Source of the DNA: Tubulanus polymorphus
Taxonomy: Eukaryota > Animalia > Nemertea
Assembly: GCF_964204645.1 (NCBI RefSeq)
Contig: NC_134036.1
Coordinates: 5,610,600-5,674,599, forward strand
Length of the DNA: 64,000 nucleotides
Reading direction: 5' to 3'
Positions 11,746-25,240 of the stretch are shown here, piece after piece. The notes under the pieces were generated by a model. It searched no databases. It had not been told where the DNA came from and saw only the letters and a program-made list of their open reading frames with translations. The position numbers and the translations under genes were made by a program. Every line of letters begins with the position of its first letter. Positions within the stretch are counted from its first letter, which is position 1.

Positions 11746-14700
11746 AGTCACAAACAAAAACAAATTAGATGCTGCTTCTACGGCGTTAGAAGCATCATTG
11801 GTTATAATATCGTTAAGAGCCCTCTCGTCGAGGGGGCCCAAAGATGAAACAGACATAGAGATGCTTAAGGTTATCACCTGCCATAATGATTTAGTCACGA
11901 TCCATCGTGGTTAGTAATTCGGTCACAATAAAAGGGTTTAGTACGCTTCGTGAAATCGATCCACGATCAGTAAAAGTAATACGTTCAAATATCAATTACT
12001 GCACACAATCTGATAGAAATTACTGCCTTTACCTTTTGATTATCTTCAATTTCTGTCGTTGTCCCGATAGGCCTCTCGTACTGTACAGCGCATTGCTATA
12101 TTTTTCTTTTTTTTCGATTGGTACCTGTATAAAGCAAAATAATATGATCTTAAAAATATATGTAACACGTTCCCAAATGTTTTGATACTTTCTCAGTTTG
12201 TATCAAAAATATTGCCAATTTCTGGTCCTTGAGTCCTGAAAAATGATAAATTTACAGCGCAAAATCGTACACACGTGTCAATTATACTTCTAAACACTTT
12301 ATTTGCGGACCAGTTTATGAATTGAACGTGGGCCATAGAGCGCTATATCCGCCTATGATCTCAACTTTCAATTTATTACGTAAGCTATTCGTGAACAAAA
12401 TGCGGTCGGCGCACAATAGAAACTTGCGCTAGAAACGCTCTATTTATTCTTTCATTACCGCCGACAAAGAGGACCGATATTTCGCAAATTGGATTCGGGA
12501 GGTTTAAACCTCCCAAGGTCAAACCACTAAAATTGTGACCTTCGTGGAGATTATCTAAAAAGCCGATGGTAATCAAATTTAGCATAACTTTTTACCCAAA
12601 CGTTCAATGGCATTCCTAAGTATTTGATGAAAGTTGAGAAATCATAAGATATTCATATAGCCATGGACTCTAAAACCTAAATCGTATAAGAGTCTCTGAT
12701 ATAAAAAAAACTTCGCATAACGAAGAAGCAAAAATTCGAATCTGATTCATCTGTTTGGAATTGATTCTTATGAAATGGAAACAAATGCGTGAGCACCTAC
12801 TCATTCATTCAATTTACTTTGCGGCTTTACAACGGCTATTTCACTGGTTCTGCGTGATGAGATAATTCTGATTAAAGTTATTGTAATAATTTCTATATTT
12901 ATATACGTAATGATACTCTTTCTCAATAAAGGATGCACGTTATTCGAATCCCCACCATTGTTCTCTACAATGTACGTTAATCAAACTCACGATAAAACCA
13001 GATCCAAAACCATTGACTCAAAAACAAAGGATCCGTGGTCAAACATACAATTCTAATTTCCCCGTTAGTTCACTGATGCCGTCAGTTTCTATCGAATGCA
13101 AGGATTCTAGCCAATCAGAGAGGCGCATGTACACATCCATTGGCATGTTAGTTATAGTACAACTTAGACAATATCAAGGTTCGAGCCAATGTCAGTAACT
13201 AGAATATGTTCTTTCATCAAATACAAATAACTCAGCAGTAGTCAGTTAGTTGAGTTTGTTTGACTTGATTTGTATTTCATCAATCAATCTATTTCATTTT
13301 ATTTTAAAGTACAAACTAAACGCTTGAATTGCTTATAACACGACCAGGTATGAATTAGAATAGATCGGCTTAATATTTCGAATGCAAATTTGGCGTTTAA
13401 GCAATCGGAAATTCGAAGTGCTTGAGAAATTTTTCAATACGCACATTACTTCGAATAGCGATAAGTTCATTGACACATGTGACCATTGTTGTGTTACTTT
13501 CGATAGCGAGTCGAATAAGCTATGGGACAGCTAACGACGGCACAATCGCAATATCAACAGAAGTTCATTTTATCCTACATGATGAGGCTAAATTCAGTGA
13601 AATCGATCGTGTTCTGAAATATATATTTTCCTGGATACATGTTGTTTATTGTAGCTATTCTATGCGGTTTTACATTAACCTGCTATAACATATTGACCGT
13701 TTTCAAGAACCCAAAAATTTTCCGGGTATCTGTTTTTTTTTCAAAAACAACCCAAACCCGAAATTGTGTACAGTTAGTACGCAGCGTATATACTGTCGGA
13801 TTAGAGAATATTGAAAAAACTTAGAAAAAGTTCAGTGAAGGAAAATAAGCTCAGCAGTGACAAATTGTCATTTCATCCCCTGCACGTGATTAATTGATGT
13901 CCAAATATCTTCTACCGTGAAAACTCTGCATTTAGCGTCAAACGAATTTTTGTATACGTATCTCAGGATGCATGCTCTTCAAAAAGGTAGCCTATTAGGA
14001 AAAAACTTACCCGGTAAAATCCTAATTTGTCCTAAACGATATTCCAACTATTATTTTGTTAATTATTCAACTATCATCACTAACTGGGTAAGTTAGTTGA
14101 ACTTACATAAAGATATTTCATTAGGGACACTTCAATTTCACACCATTCAATATCATAAGGGAACAAAATTCTTTGAAACTTGGTAGTTCTTAAGACTAGG
14201 TTTTGTTTCCGAAATTTACTAAATGTACCAATTCTAATAATTCACTCATTGAAGCTTCTATATATAAAAAGCGAAAGCTCGTGCGTCGGAATAAATAGTT
14301 AACCTTTAAACTACTACTCGTCTCTTCATTTAAATTCAAATAATATAAGTCTTTATTGATTCTTTTTTGTTGAAATATGCATAACTTTTTCTGGGCAAAT
14401 TTCTATATTCTGTCAAGTCATGGACTCTAAAACGATTTAGACATTAAAACGTTTTAGAGTCCATGGTCAAGGTATTTTGGCTATAACGAATATGACTAAC
14501 TCCCTGGGGCAACGATGTGGCTGATGAAATGATCTCTCCCATTGTAATCCCACCATTTAATTACTCATTGTATAACAACTCTCACAATTAAGCCTCGGAC
14601 TCTTAAACGAATTATGAGAGCATGCTTTAGTATAGGCTTTGATATACCGGGTAGAGCATATTGTCTTGATTTAGAACATGTATGCATGAACTCTAGGCTG

Positions 14701-15335
14701 CAAAGAAATACGTTTTCAGCGGCTCTAATCGAGTTAAATTTTTCGTGATAGATTAACACAGAAAGGCGACACCCAATCGCTGCTTATTGACATTAGGCAC
14801 AAGTCACTGTTATGTTCATTAGTAAAACTAATATAGAATGAATAAGTGAGGAGGGAAAATGTATAAATTAAATTTATAAATGAATTTATAAGAATTTAGC
14901 ATGCATCGGAGTGCACTTAAATTGGATTATTACAAAATAACTCACTTAAAAATTTATGATATTGTTTCATTGATATTTATTACTTTAAAGCAATTCACTT
15001 TAAGAACTTTGGTCAACAATAAGTCTGACCTGCAAATCAAATCATCGGGAGACAAAATACTGTTTCAAAAAATTATATTGCTAATACATTCCTAATCTTA
15101 ACCTTTCGCCATAAACCTACTGGATTTAGAGCCTGGGGCATTTTAGATGGTTGTAGGTAGAAATCCCCTAGGTAAAATCCTCACCTGACGATTTTTCAAG
15201 AACATTTGAAAGCACGATATTTATTCAAACATATTCCTCCACAATACAACTGCAATATATTTGAACTGTGCATTGAACTATTTTGTTGAAATAAATCTTT
15301 AAATAAATTCATAGAATAAATGAAATTAATGAACT

Positions 15336-15405
15336 TTTTATTCATACTACCTTTTCATATTTTTATTCATACTATCTTTTCATATTTTTATTCATACTAT
15401 CTTTT
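15336..15405. repeat. ~25-bp tandem repeat x3 (TTTTTATTCATACTATCTTTTCATA)
   Basis: Directly visible. Confidence 0.8.
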
Positions 15406-15493
15406 AATTCGAAATAAATAACTCTTTTTTACTTGTGGTATAGTATGCTTATGATATGGATTCGATTTACGTATCAATATGTTCATGTTGACA

Positions 15494-15535
15494 GGGGCCT
15501 GATGATGGCTAATAGCATTAGCCGAAACATTGCTC
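15494..15535 (+). ncRNA. Minimal type I hammerhead-ribozyme-like motif (Penelope-element type, probably degenerate)
   Basis: GGGC-CTGATGA-T-GGCTAAT(AGC)ATTAGCC-GAAA-CATT-GCTC: conserved core, perfect 7-bp stem II, short helix I. Confidence 0.55.
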
Positions 15536-18500
15536 GTAGAACATTTGATTTTTAGCTGAATTCATTGTGGGATTTGTCTCATTATTCACCATACACGGAT
15601 ATTGTGTATTTTCTTCTCATTTTCATGTTGGTTTTGAACAACTTAAATTTTGCGATTCTAATACCTTATTAACTTTAGATGACAGTAATACCTTCAATTT
15701 ACATTTAACATATGATCACTGCTGAAAGTGTAATAAGGAATATATATTTACTCCAGTGACAATATTTTGATTCAAAGATTTAATTCAATCATCTAGTCTG
15801 AGTCTTTATGGTAAAACTTCTGGCTAACCAAGAGCTAGCCGAATTCCGACAATAGAAGGTGGTCGCTTGAAAATTAGTTAATTTACGCAACAGGAATCTA
15901 TCTTGATTTCAAGGGCACTTCAATTAATCGTTTCAATAGTGACCACTGTAAATTAGCCAGTAGTTTAAATGACCGAATTCAATCAACCGATTCGTATCCT
16001 AAGAATGAGAATTGTATCTAACCACAGTAGTTATTCCTCATCAAACGTTCGGTCATCATATTATACATCTATACATCATTACTATCATCTTCAGTTAATA
16101 GAAGTGCAATAAAATCTAGAATCTATGAGTTGAGATTTTTTAAACATAATAAATTGTGTTGATTTTATGTTAGTTAAATCAAATATTGGGAATATTTTAC
16201 CGGGGGATTTTCACTTTGGGGATAATAACCTAAATTATTTTATATCATCGGTTTTCATTAAGAAAAAAAAAACAACTATTAATCTTAACTACACTTATTT
16301 TATTCCTTTTGGAACATTAAGATTCTTTCATTGAATTTAATATGTTATTTCGTACAATAGTTCATCACAGTGCGTCATCACGCTTAAATGTACAAAACTT
16401 CTTTACAGAGTTCAAAATATAAACCAACAATCTCATCTCAAGCATGTACTAGCGCTGACGCTATGGGATAAAACCAAGTCTCGATTCATTGCCTAAAATG
16501 TGGGTACATTCATTCAAATCAGGACTAAAATACGCTTATATGAATATCTTGCATGATATCATTTTACATTACGGGTGTCTCATAGGCCTGGTTTTACTTG
16601 TACATTGTCATCAATTAATTAAACATCCCAAGTAACTTCGTTATTTACTTATGGCTTAATCACTGGTATTCAATAGCTAGTCGGCTATAGAAAGACTAAC
16701 CCGATAAAATTCCATTAACCGTTCGTCCAGGGTCGAACACTCGCGGGTTAATTCGCAACGATTTTAAAGAAAGAAAATGATTGCATGAAATCTAGTTTTC
16801 GTATCAATCGGCGTCCAATCTCTTAAACCATCCTAAACACAGTAGTTTAGTAGTTTGTGTCTATTTGCTTTTGCTGATGTCATTTAACATAACAATGGAA
16901 ATGTATTCGTTTATTTGGAAATTATATGAAGATATGGAGTAATCATGTGACAAATCAAATTATTACTGCAAGGCAAAACATAGCGCACTTCAGATATATG
17001 ATATGGCCTTAAAGACTTTCCATATATTAACAGTCCAGTTTAACGTCTATTGATATGAATAGTTCAGTTTTGATATGACTGTCGCAACAGTTGGAATAAA
17101 ACGTATGAAATCTAGGAGCATTTATCTCATGAAATTTAGATTTGAGATAATTGTATTGTATTGTATGAGGATTAAACATTTCAATGGCTGGTGATTATTT
17201 GTGATGAAATAATCAGTGAGATGGACTGTTGATGTAGCCCTGATTGAGGCACTCGGGTCAAATAATATTTTTAGATACAACAGTGCATTTGTTAAAGCAG
17301 AACACATGATTTTAAACTAAATATAAGTAGCTAAACCGTTAATTTTCATTCCTAACTTTTTCATCACTCCCGATTATCAAAAATAATTCAACAGTTTGAT
17401 TAACGGATAGTTGCAGTTAACAACATTTCTATCTGATAGAGAAGGTATACAGGTATACAGAGGAACAAGAAAAGAACATCCAACTAGACACTGAAAAATC
17501 TTTATTCGGGTTTTTTACCAGGGGCCTTTACCTTGGGGTATATTTAACTAGGGGATTTTTACTGAAAGGGACCTTTACGGGGCGAGTTTTTACCCGATCA
17601 CATCGATTATTGAATGACATGTTCGATAAAATCATGACAAAAACTGGTATCACTGGTACAATTTGCTAATTTTCGCTATTCGGGTGGTTCTGTAGATTAT
17701 TGGCTATACCGTTGGTAACTGAATAGCTATTTGTATTACTGATCGGACTGTGATGTGAAAATATAGCTTTGACAAAACCACAACGAGAAATGAATCAAAT
17801 TCAATATTTGACTCGAAAACGAGCTTAACCATGGATTCAGTAACGTTTTTTTTACAGTCCATGGCTGAAATGACGCTATTGAAAAAATCAATGAGAAATA
17901 CTGCCTCCGATTTTTATGACGAAAATATAGGAATGAATTCCGAACAGAATCAAATCAGGTTGTTCTTATTGGTATTGTGTATACATTTCATTTATTAGAT
18001 ATTTCAAGTAATTCGTGTAATTAGGAAAAACTCGATCCAATAATGGGTTTTTCTTTTGGTTTTAAGTAATTTACAACTTACCAAATATGGACTTCATGGT
18101 TTGACATTAAAACCAGTGAGCATTATGGTATCAAGTTCAACCAAAATTGATTACGATCGGCCTTTCGTAGAATCTCCCTGAAGGTCACAATTTTAGTAAA
18201 TTGACCTTGGGAGGTTTAAACCTCCCGAATCCAATTAGCAAAATATCGGTCCTCTATGTCGGCGACAATAAAAGTACCCTGCGCGTAACTTTCTATTGTG
18301 CGCCTGCCGCGTTTTGGGCACGAGTAGCTTACGTAATCTTAATTGAAAGTTGAGATCACAGGCAGATATTGAGGTCTATGGCCCACACAAAACATCATAA
18401 ATTGGTCAGGAAATAAAGTGTTTTGTGGTATAGATGACACGTTTGTACGATTTTACACTGTAGATTTATCATTTTTCAGGACTTTCAGGACCTAAAATCA

Positions 18501-19356
18501 GCAATATTTTTGATACAAACTGAGAAAGTATCAAAACATTTGAGAACGCGTTATGTGTGGTATTGGTTACGCTGAACATCCAAAATCATGGTCTCATTTT
18601 TGAATTTAAAAGTCAAGTTAAATCCTATCTTATAAATTTAAATTACAATAAATAAGAACTGGGTGCAGTCCACAGAGTTTAGCAGTTTCGAGAAAGACGG
18701 ATTGATTTGGAGTTAACTCGATGAAAATCGACTGGTTTTTTTACTTCAGCATTTTTCTAACAGCGTTACAACCGGGTTCTTTTCTGGTTCTCACAAAAAA
18801 TGATCATATCCTAAACCGATTTGAGATCAACGGAATCGATGAATAAATCCAATCGATTCCTTTTTAGGTAGACCTTTTTGGTGAAACTGGACCCAGAGTG
18901 TACATTCAGCTCATCCCCGTGACGTTCGAACTCGAACGCGATTAACTAGTTATCTGTTTTCGTCAATAATTTCTTGATCAAATGCGTCAGCTCGAAAATA
19001 TGCATATTTTATTCTGCATTCTCACTGGTCGGTAGTACTTGAAGTACCTTTGTATTTTTCTTTGTAAAATACATACAATCAGTGTATAGTTCTGTCCAAT
19101 TGCATTGTTTAATTTTATAGTCTCTTATGATGTCTAATTGAAAATACTTATATTAAAAATAAGTAAAACACTTGACTTTGTATACCCCTCGTGTCGACAC
19201 GTGGAATAATTCCATTTCAATTTCAATTACTCTGACAAAACGGGGCCATCGATCTATTTCCCTTCACCGAGGAATCATAATCGTTCGCGTCCAATAGAAA
19301 AAAAACAAAAATCGAGAAACGAAACGAAACGAAACAAAACGAGACGAAAATAGATG

Positions 19357-19596
19357 TTAAACATGTTTTAATTTAAAGTCACCAGGATTATACCCTCGAT
19401 AGCGAATCTTCCAGTCTGACCCACAACCAGGACACATCCGAACCTCACACTTTGCCTTGCAATCTTTATACTTAGGAAAATCGTAATTATAATAAGGACT
19501 GCAGTAGCCGCAGTTCCTGTTGACGCAAAGGGAACACATGAAAAACCCACTTGAATTAGCAAAACCAGTGACCATCAAAACAAAAAATAACAGATA
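19357..19596 (-). pseudogene. Peptide paralog 3: exon 2 identical to paralog 1 at protein level, exon 1 and promoter deleted
   Basis: Sequence jumps at 19970/19971 from the equivalent of ~1147 to ~1735 (about 590 bp lost, including the MSSK exon and TATA box). Confidence 0.8.
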
Positions 19597-21725
19597 CTGA
19601 AAATAAAATAAATCAGGTGCTGTACATTTCTGTGAAAAGTACGTTATTCATACAAAAAATACACGATCCCTAAAGTGTTCCAATTCACACATACACACAC
19701 GCACGCACGCACGCACGCACGCGCGCACACACACACACACACACACATGAATGCGTAAACGGAAGAGGACTGAGGCGAGGAGAAGACTCTGCTGTGGCCT
19801 GATAGCCACACGATTCAACCCGTGGTAGATAAGGATCAACCATTGTTTTACTTGTGTGCAGTAGATCATACTACTACGACAACACAGGCATTAACCCACG
19901 GCGAAACGGGATTCACCATATGTCGCTAGTGTGCGGTAAAACATGGCCTACTGCGCAACGGGATATTTAGCATATTGAATCAAAAAAGCCGCTGTGAAGA
20001 TCGTCGTAGTTATTTCACAGAGTAGTTGACGTATTCGAAAACGAGAAATTCGCAGAAAACCCAGTTATTTTTGGTGATTTCACGCAGCTTCTTAACGTTG
20101 TATTAGATTATGGCTGGAACATAACAAGGCTCTTTGAACCAGTGAATTCTATGAACACAGTCCATCCTATATTAAAGCAGTTACTGAGAACAGATATAAA
20201 ACCGTGGATCACTTGATATTTGTGTAGGATATCTCGTGCAGGCTTATGTTTGTGCGTCAAAGAAATGTTTCCGAGAATATCTAAACCGGGTATTTATTTC
20301 ATTAACATTGACATTTTCTTTGATAACGAAATCCAGTTTGAATCCGCAGCAATGAATTTTTAGTGCGAATGTGAACTGGCGCGGTAAGTCGGCATCGCTG
20401 CTTTGTAACTACTTGATTTCTTCGTTTCAGAGTCCATATTTCATAATCCTTTCATAAGTGTTGGGGGACTAACAGTAACATGCATTTCGAATAAACTTGT
20501 AAACTCTAAGCCTACATTTATTGAGAACATTAGAGAATACGGTACGATAATTTTTTGCCAATTTTCAGACACTTTTCGACGCTGCTTTGCAGCTATATTT
20601 GTTTTTTTTTTTCATTTCCTACATTCTACATAACTGCATGTTCGTGAAATCAATTGTGAATTCAATTTGGATTCTAAAACTGACAAGTTACTAATCACGA
20701 TCTTTTCGCTCGCTATAGCTTCAAAATTCTGAGAACCGCGATGTCGCTATAGAGGAAGGGTCAACGAAGAAGCAGTAGAAAACGCTTTATACTCGTATGA
20801 CATAATCGTAACATGCGATACCGGTTCGAGTGCGTCTGAGTGATAGAGGGAATTTGAACAGATAAAACATCATCATCTGCATCACTTCACAAAATTGTTA
20901 TTGATTATGAACTGTCACTCACTCTCCGGTTCTCTCCCTCCCTCTCTATTCCAACGGCAAACTCGTTCATATGCGTGAAGCAGAATAGTAGAATAGGAAT
21001 AAACATTACATCGACTTCACTAATGCCCGAAATCTGAGATCTAAACAGTCGCGAAAGGTTTGATAATAATTCATTAATAATTTATTCTATTATCTATTTA
21101 TACAATATGCTCATTGGCTTTACACTATATATATTAATAGCAATAAACATTACATCGACTTTTCCAATGCCAGAGATTTGAAATCTACACAGTCGCGAAA
21201 GGTTTTAGTAATAATTCAATAATAATTTATTCTGCCTAAAATCCATATACAATATGCGCATTGGCTTAACATCATATATTAAGGGGAACAGCGAAACAGA
21301 AAATTAAATCGAGTTTTATTGAAAGCTTTGATAGTTCCAAATAATTCCCTTTATTACACAATATGTTCAACTGTCTATTTAACGCGGAAGGACATAACAG
21401 CCAACAGTAAGGAGCATGGATACACGATCGTCCACCAAAATGTAAATGCAATGCTATCAGAATTAACCTATTCAAAGTATCCCCACAAAGCATTGTCGTG
21501 AAAAAAAGGATTCTTGCAATTCCACATCAGCATTAGTCCAATAACACGCCTTTTTAACCGAAGACAAATTCTTTATCTAGTAAAGTCTGAGCCTCATATT
21601 TCAGAAAAGGATTTTGTATCTTAAAGAATTCGTCAGTATTATGACTGTGTTGAGACTAGAAGATACACAATATCCGTGTAAGATGATAACGAGAGAAATC
21701 CCGCAACGAATTCAGCAAAAACGTA

Positions 21726-22361
21726 CGGTGGCTGATAAGGGCCAAATGCATTGATTTTTACACGACCTCGGTTATAGAAAAATGCAAAACGAACCCTATA
21801 GAGCAAAAACGGATTTTTCAATTTTGCTACCGCGCAAAAACGAACTTTTCGTTTTTGCTAGGGCGCAAAAACGAAATATTATAGCGCAAAAACGAAAACA
21901 TTCGTTTTTGCTTTATGATTTTTCGTTTTTGCTCCATAATATTCGTTTTTGCGCTCTAGCAAAAACGAACTTTCGTATTTGCTCTATTGAATTATTTTTC
22001 ATATGACCTTGATTATAGAAAAATGCAAAATGAAAATCCATAAAGCAAAAATGGTTCGTTTTTGCCGAACTTTACTGCGCAAAAACGAAAAATCATGGAG
22101 CAAAAACGAATATTTTCGTTTTTGCTCTATAACATTTCCTTTTTGCGCGGTAGCGAAACGAAAGTTCGTTTTTGCTACGGTGCAAAAACGAATTTTATGG
22201 CGCAAAAACATGAAATCATAATATTTCGTTTTGTGCGGTAAAATTAGTTTTTGCGCCCTAACAGAGCGAAGAGTTCGTTTTTGCTCTATAAGTTTCGTTT
22301 TGTGTTTTTCTATAATCGAGGTCGTGTGAAAATTATTATATTTGGCACTTATCAGCCACCG
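21726..22361. mobile_element. Complete MITE with ~90-bp TIRs and TA target-site duplication (Tc1/mariner-type signature)
   Basis: TA|CGGTGGCTGATAAG...CTTATCAGCCACCG|TA; interior made of alternating GCAAAAACGAA/TTCGTTTTTGC units. Confidence 0.85.
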
Positions 22362-23426
22362 TACTATTAGCCATCATCAGGCGTACGTTATGTGATTTTC
22401 CGGTCGATCTCTTACTCCTTCAACCAAAAAAAAAACAAAAACAAAAGAAAAGTTAGTCAAAAGACAAATTATCTCTTTATGACACCAAACGAATTAGGTA
22501 CACTGACTTCAATTATGGACGAGAGACCATCGCTTGTAATACGATTAAGCTACGGTATACTATAATTCAGGGTCGTAATCTCGAATAATAACAAACCTAT
22601 AATAAGGCCTAATACTCCTTGACAAGTGACACAGTAAACATACGACATACGATTGATTCTAATTTCAAAATTGATTAGGTCAATCTTTTACGACTTAATT
22701 CAGAGTTTTATTAAGTTACTTTTTTCCTCAAGCTAAGCTCGACTAAGGTCGACTCACGACCCGATTATCTCGTCGTGAGATAAGAGCGGTTTTTAAAACG
22801 TGACCGCCGGTTACCGATCAATTCGTTGCATCGTCGTAATAGCGCTCAGGTCGACTACGACCCGATCGCCGCAGGCTTACTCTGTCGCTGATTTGCTACG
22901 ATGGTTTGATCGGGTCGTGTAAAAGCAGAACTGGTTCTATCCTCGCGATTCGGCTTATACGACTGGTCTGCGATCAATTCGTCGCGAAGCGCACGGTTCC
23001 CGATGAAAATATGGCAGGTCCTTCAGACGAGATGATCGGGTCGCAAGTCGACCTGAGCTTAGCTTTCTTCTACATACGATTAATCCTGCCATCCAGCAAA
23101 ATATGAACGCATGTATTATGCGTTTTTTTGTACGTTTGACGTTTGTACCGCTATGACCGTCAGCATTTAGCCTCGAGTTTGTCAAATGAATTTCAAGTAA
23201 AATGACGCGAATCATGATTAATAAGTAGACTGAGACAACCTAAGGGGTCCACTAATGCTAAGCATATCGGTCAGAGTGAGCTGAAAATCAGTGATCCTAC
23301 ACGAGACACGTGGAGTTATACACATTGATATAAGTCGGGAATTATGAGCGGAAGATATCATTTAAAAGATAGATCCATATGATCACCGCGTACTTCACGA
23401 TATATTTCCAATAAATATGTTTATCG

Positions 23427-25240
23427 CTAAGATATGATTTGCAGGTGGACCACAACAGCGGAAGCTGCCATGTGTAACGTGCCATTTTCATCGACTGGAA
23501 CTTTTCCCATATAAACACCGAGCGCGTCGTCCATGAACTCGGCTAGTTTCGATTCGGGAATTCGTTTTACGTGCGGTAAAATTGCGCCGAACCATTCTGA
23601 AAAAAATAACACGATATGTAATAATAGTAGAACGTTCTTTGTTTCGCTATCATCGAAGTATGGTTAAAATCATTGTCACGGTCCAAATAAGGCCCGGAAC
23701 AATTAACTCGAGCTTGATTCGTTCCAATTCGCGGCCCGGACCAAATCGTCTCCGTGTGACCGCGCCTGAAGTCTCGCGACGCCAACGGGTCCGGAAAACA
23801 AATGAGGGAGGATGTTTTCAGTTATGGTTCACTAACGTTTTGCAGATTCGCGATCGGAAAATGTGTAATCACGAGTTGTGATTTCACAACGTTTAACAGC
23901 GAACCCCAACGATTCAGCCATTCGGCGATATCCACTGACTATATCCGGAGACCTCCATTCACTGTATTCCTCCCAGCTCGGCTCCAACGACCAGTCCGGT
24001 GTAAATCCCTACAGAAAAATAACTCGTCATTAGATCTGACTATGAAATTAAAAACCTTTCAAAAATGAATGTCCTTATAAGGTAATGCATCATTCGAAAG
24101 ATAAAATTGCTCTATCAACATTTTTTATAGCATATTTAAATCGTAAATCGGTCGAACGGTTAAGCTGCTAGCTTTGGAGAGAACCGTCATTATCAACATA
24201 ATCTGCACTCAGATGGTTACAACATTTCACACTGATGAATGAGTCATACCTGGAAATACGGAGACCATTTTTCCAATTTGTCTACATCGCACATGTGAAC
24301 CATCATTGATGACGTAATCAGCACGAGGACGACTTCCCCGTTAACGGAGAGTAGACGTTTTATATTTTCCAAGTTCTTATATTGATTCGGAGTCCAGTGA
24401 AGAACCATGAACGACGTGACCAAGTCGAATTTCCGTCGCCAGTCCGCTCCGTACGAGTCGGGATCGGTCAAGTCGGCGACCAGGTATTCGATTTTAGGAT
24501 TCGGATTTTTCGAACGGGCGAAATCGACCATAGATTCGTACTGGAATGCGATAGTGAAACAAACTATATAGATAAATAAACGCGATGTTTTTTTTCAATC
24601 CAGAATCAAATTCATTTTTCATTCATTGCTCGCGCATTTAGCAGGTCGGCCATTTTATGGTACAGCAAACATATAGCAAACATGCACACAAATTTTACCT
24701 CCCTTATAGAGACCACGGTGGGATCCCGGTTTGGCCATTGGCCGAAATCCCTGAGTTAGCTGATGTTTCCTTGTAACAACCAAAAGATTTATTTTTTGAA
24801 TCGGAGAAATATCTAGGCCCGAAATATTACAATCCATTTATTTGAATGATGTAAGGCAAAGTGATACAATATAGCACTCTAGCTGAATTCCCTGCGTTTA
24901 GCAGGTTTTGGTTAAGTTTGTCAAATTTGTCAAACCTGTGTCAATGCTGATTGGGCTAACGAAGGGAACCTCTGAGCTGATGAACGATGCAGCTATGATA
25001 TAACCCCCCCCCCCCCCTCTGACCAACAAAGCAGACTGTATTTACCTTATCAAAAGCGGTAAGATGTTCGACGTTGTCCAATTTACTCAGTATGGTATTA
25101 GTGACTTCACCGGTACCGCAGCCTATATCCAATACATTACTGTAACCACCCGGCTTGAAATCAATGGTCGATAAAACATTAGCGGCCCAATTTCTGTTGC
25201 CGTCGCTAGCATTCGAATAAAGTTCCGCGTTCGGATTCAT
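23427..25240 (-). CDS. JHAMT-like SAM-dependent methyltransferase, copy 2 (exons 25240-25046, 24540-24250, 24008-23837, 23596-23427; 275 aa)
   Basis: Near-identical to copy 1 with intact splice sites. Substitutions seen: I>V, S>T in motif I (GCGTG), N>D, L>M. Confidence 0.88.

Larger units (their letters stand above)
12163..18553. mobile_element. ~6.4 kb non-autonomous DNA-transposon-like element with ~430-bp terminal inverted repeats
   Basis: 12163-12600 is the imperfect reverse complement of 18130-18553 (TAACACGTTCCCAAATGTTTTGATACTTTCTCAGTTTG / CAAACTGAGAAAGTATCAAAACATTTGAGAACGCGTTA). The flanks join up as an empty site at ~42300-42360. No long ORF inside. Confidence 0.75.

Noticed and set aside
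14521-14550. Another CTGATGA (also at ~5835, 30203, 32668) as a hammerhead core
   Set aside because: No stem II followed by GAAA.
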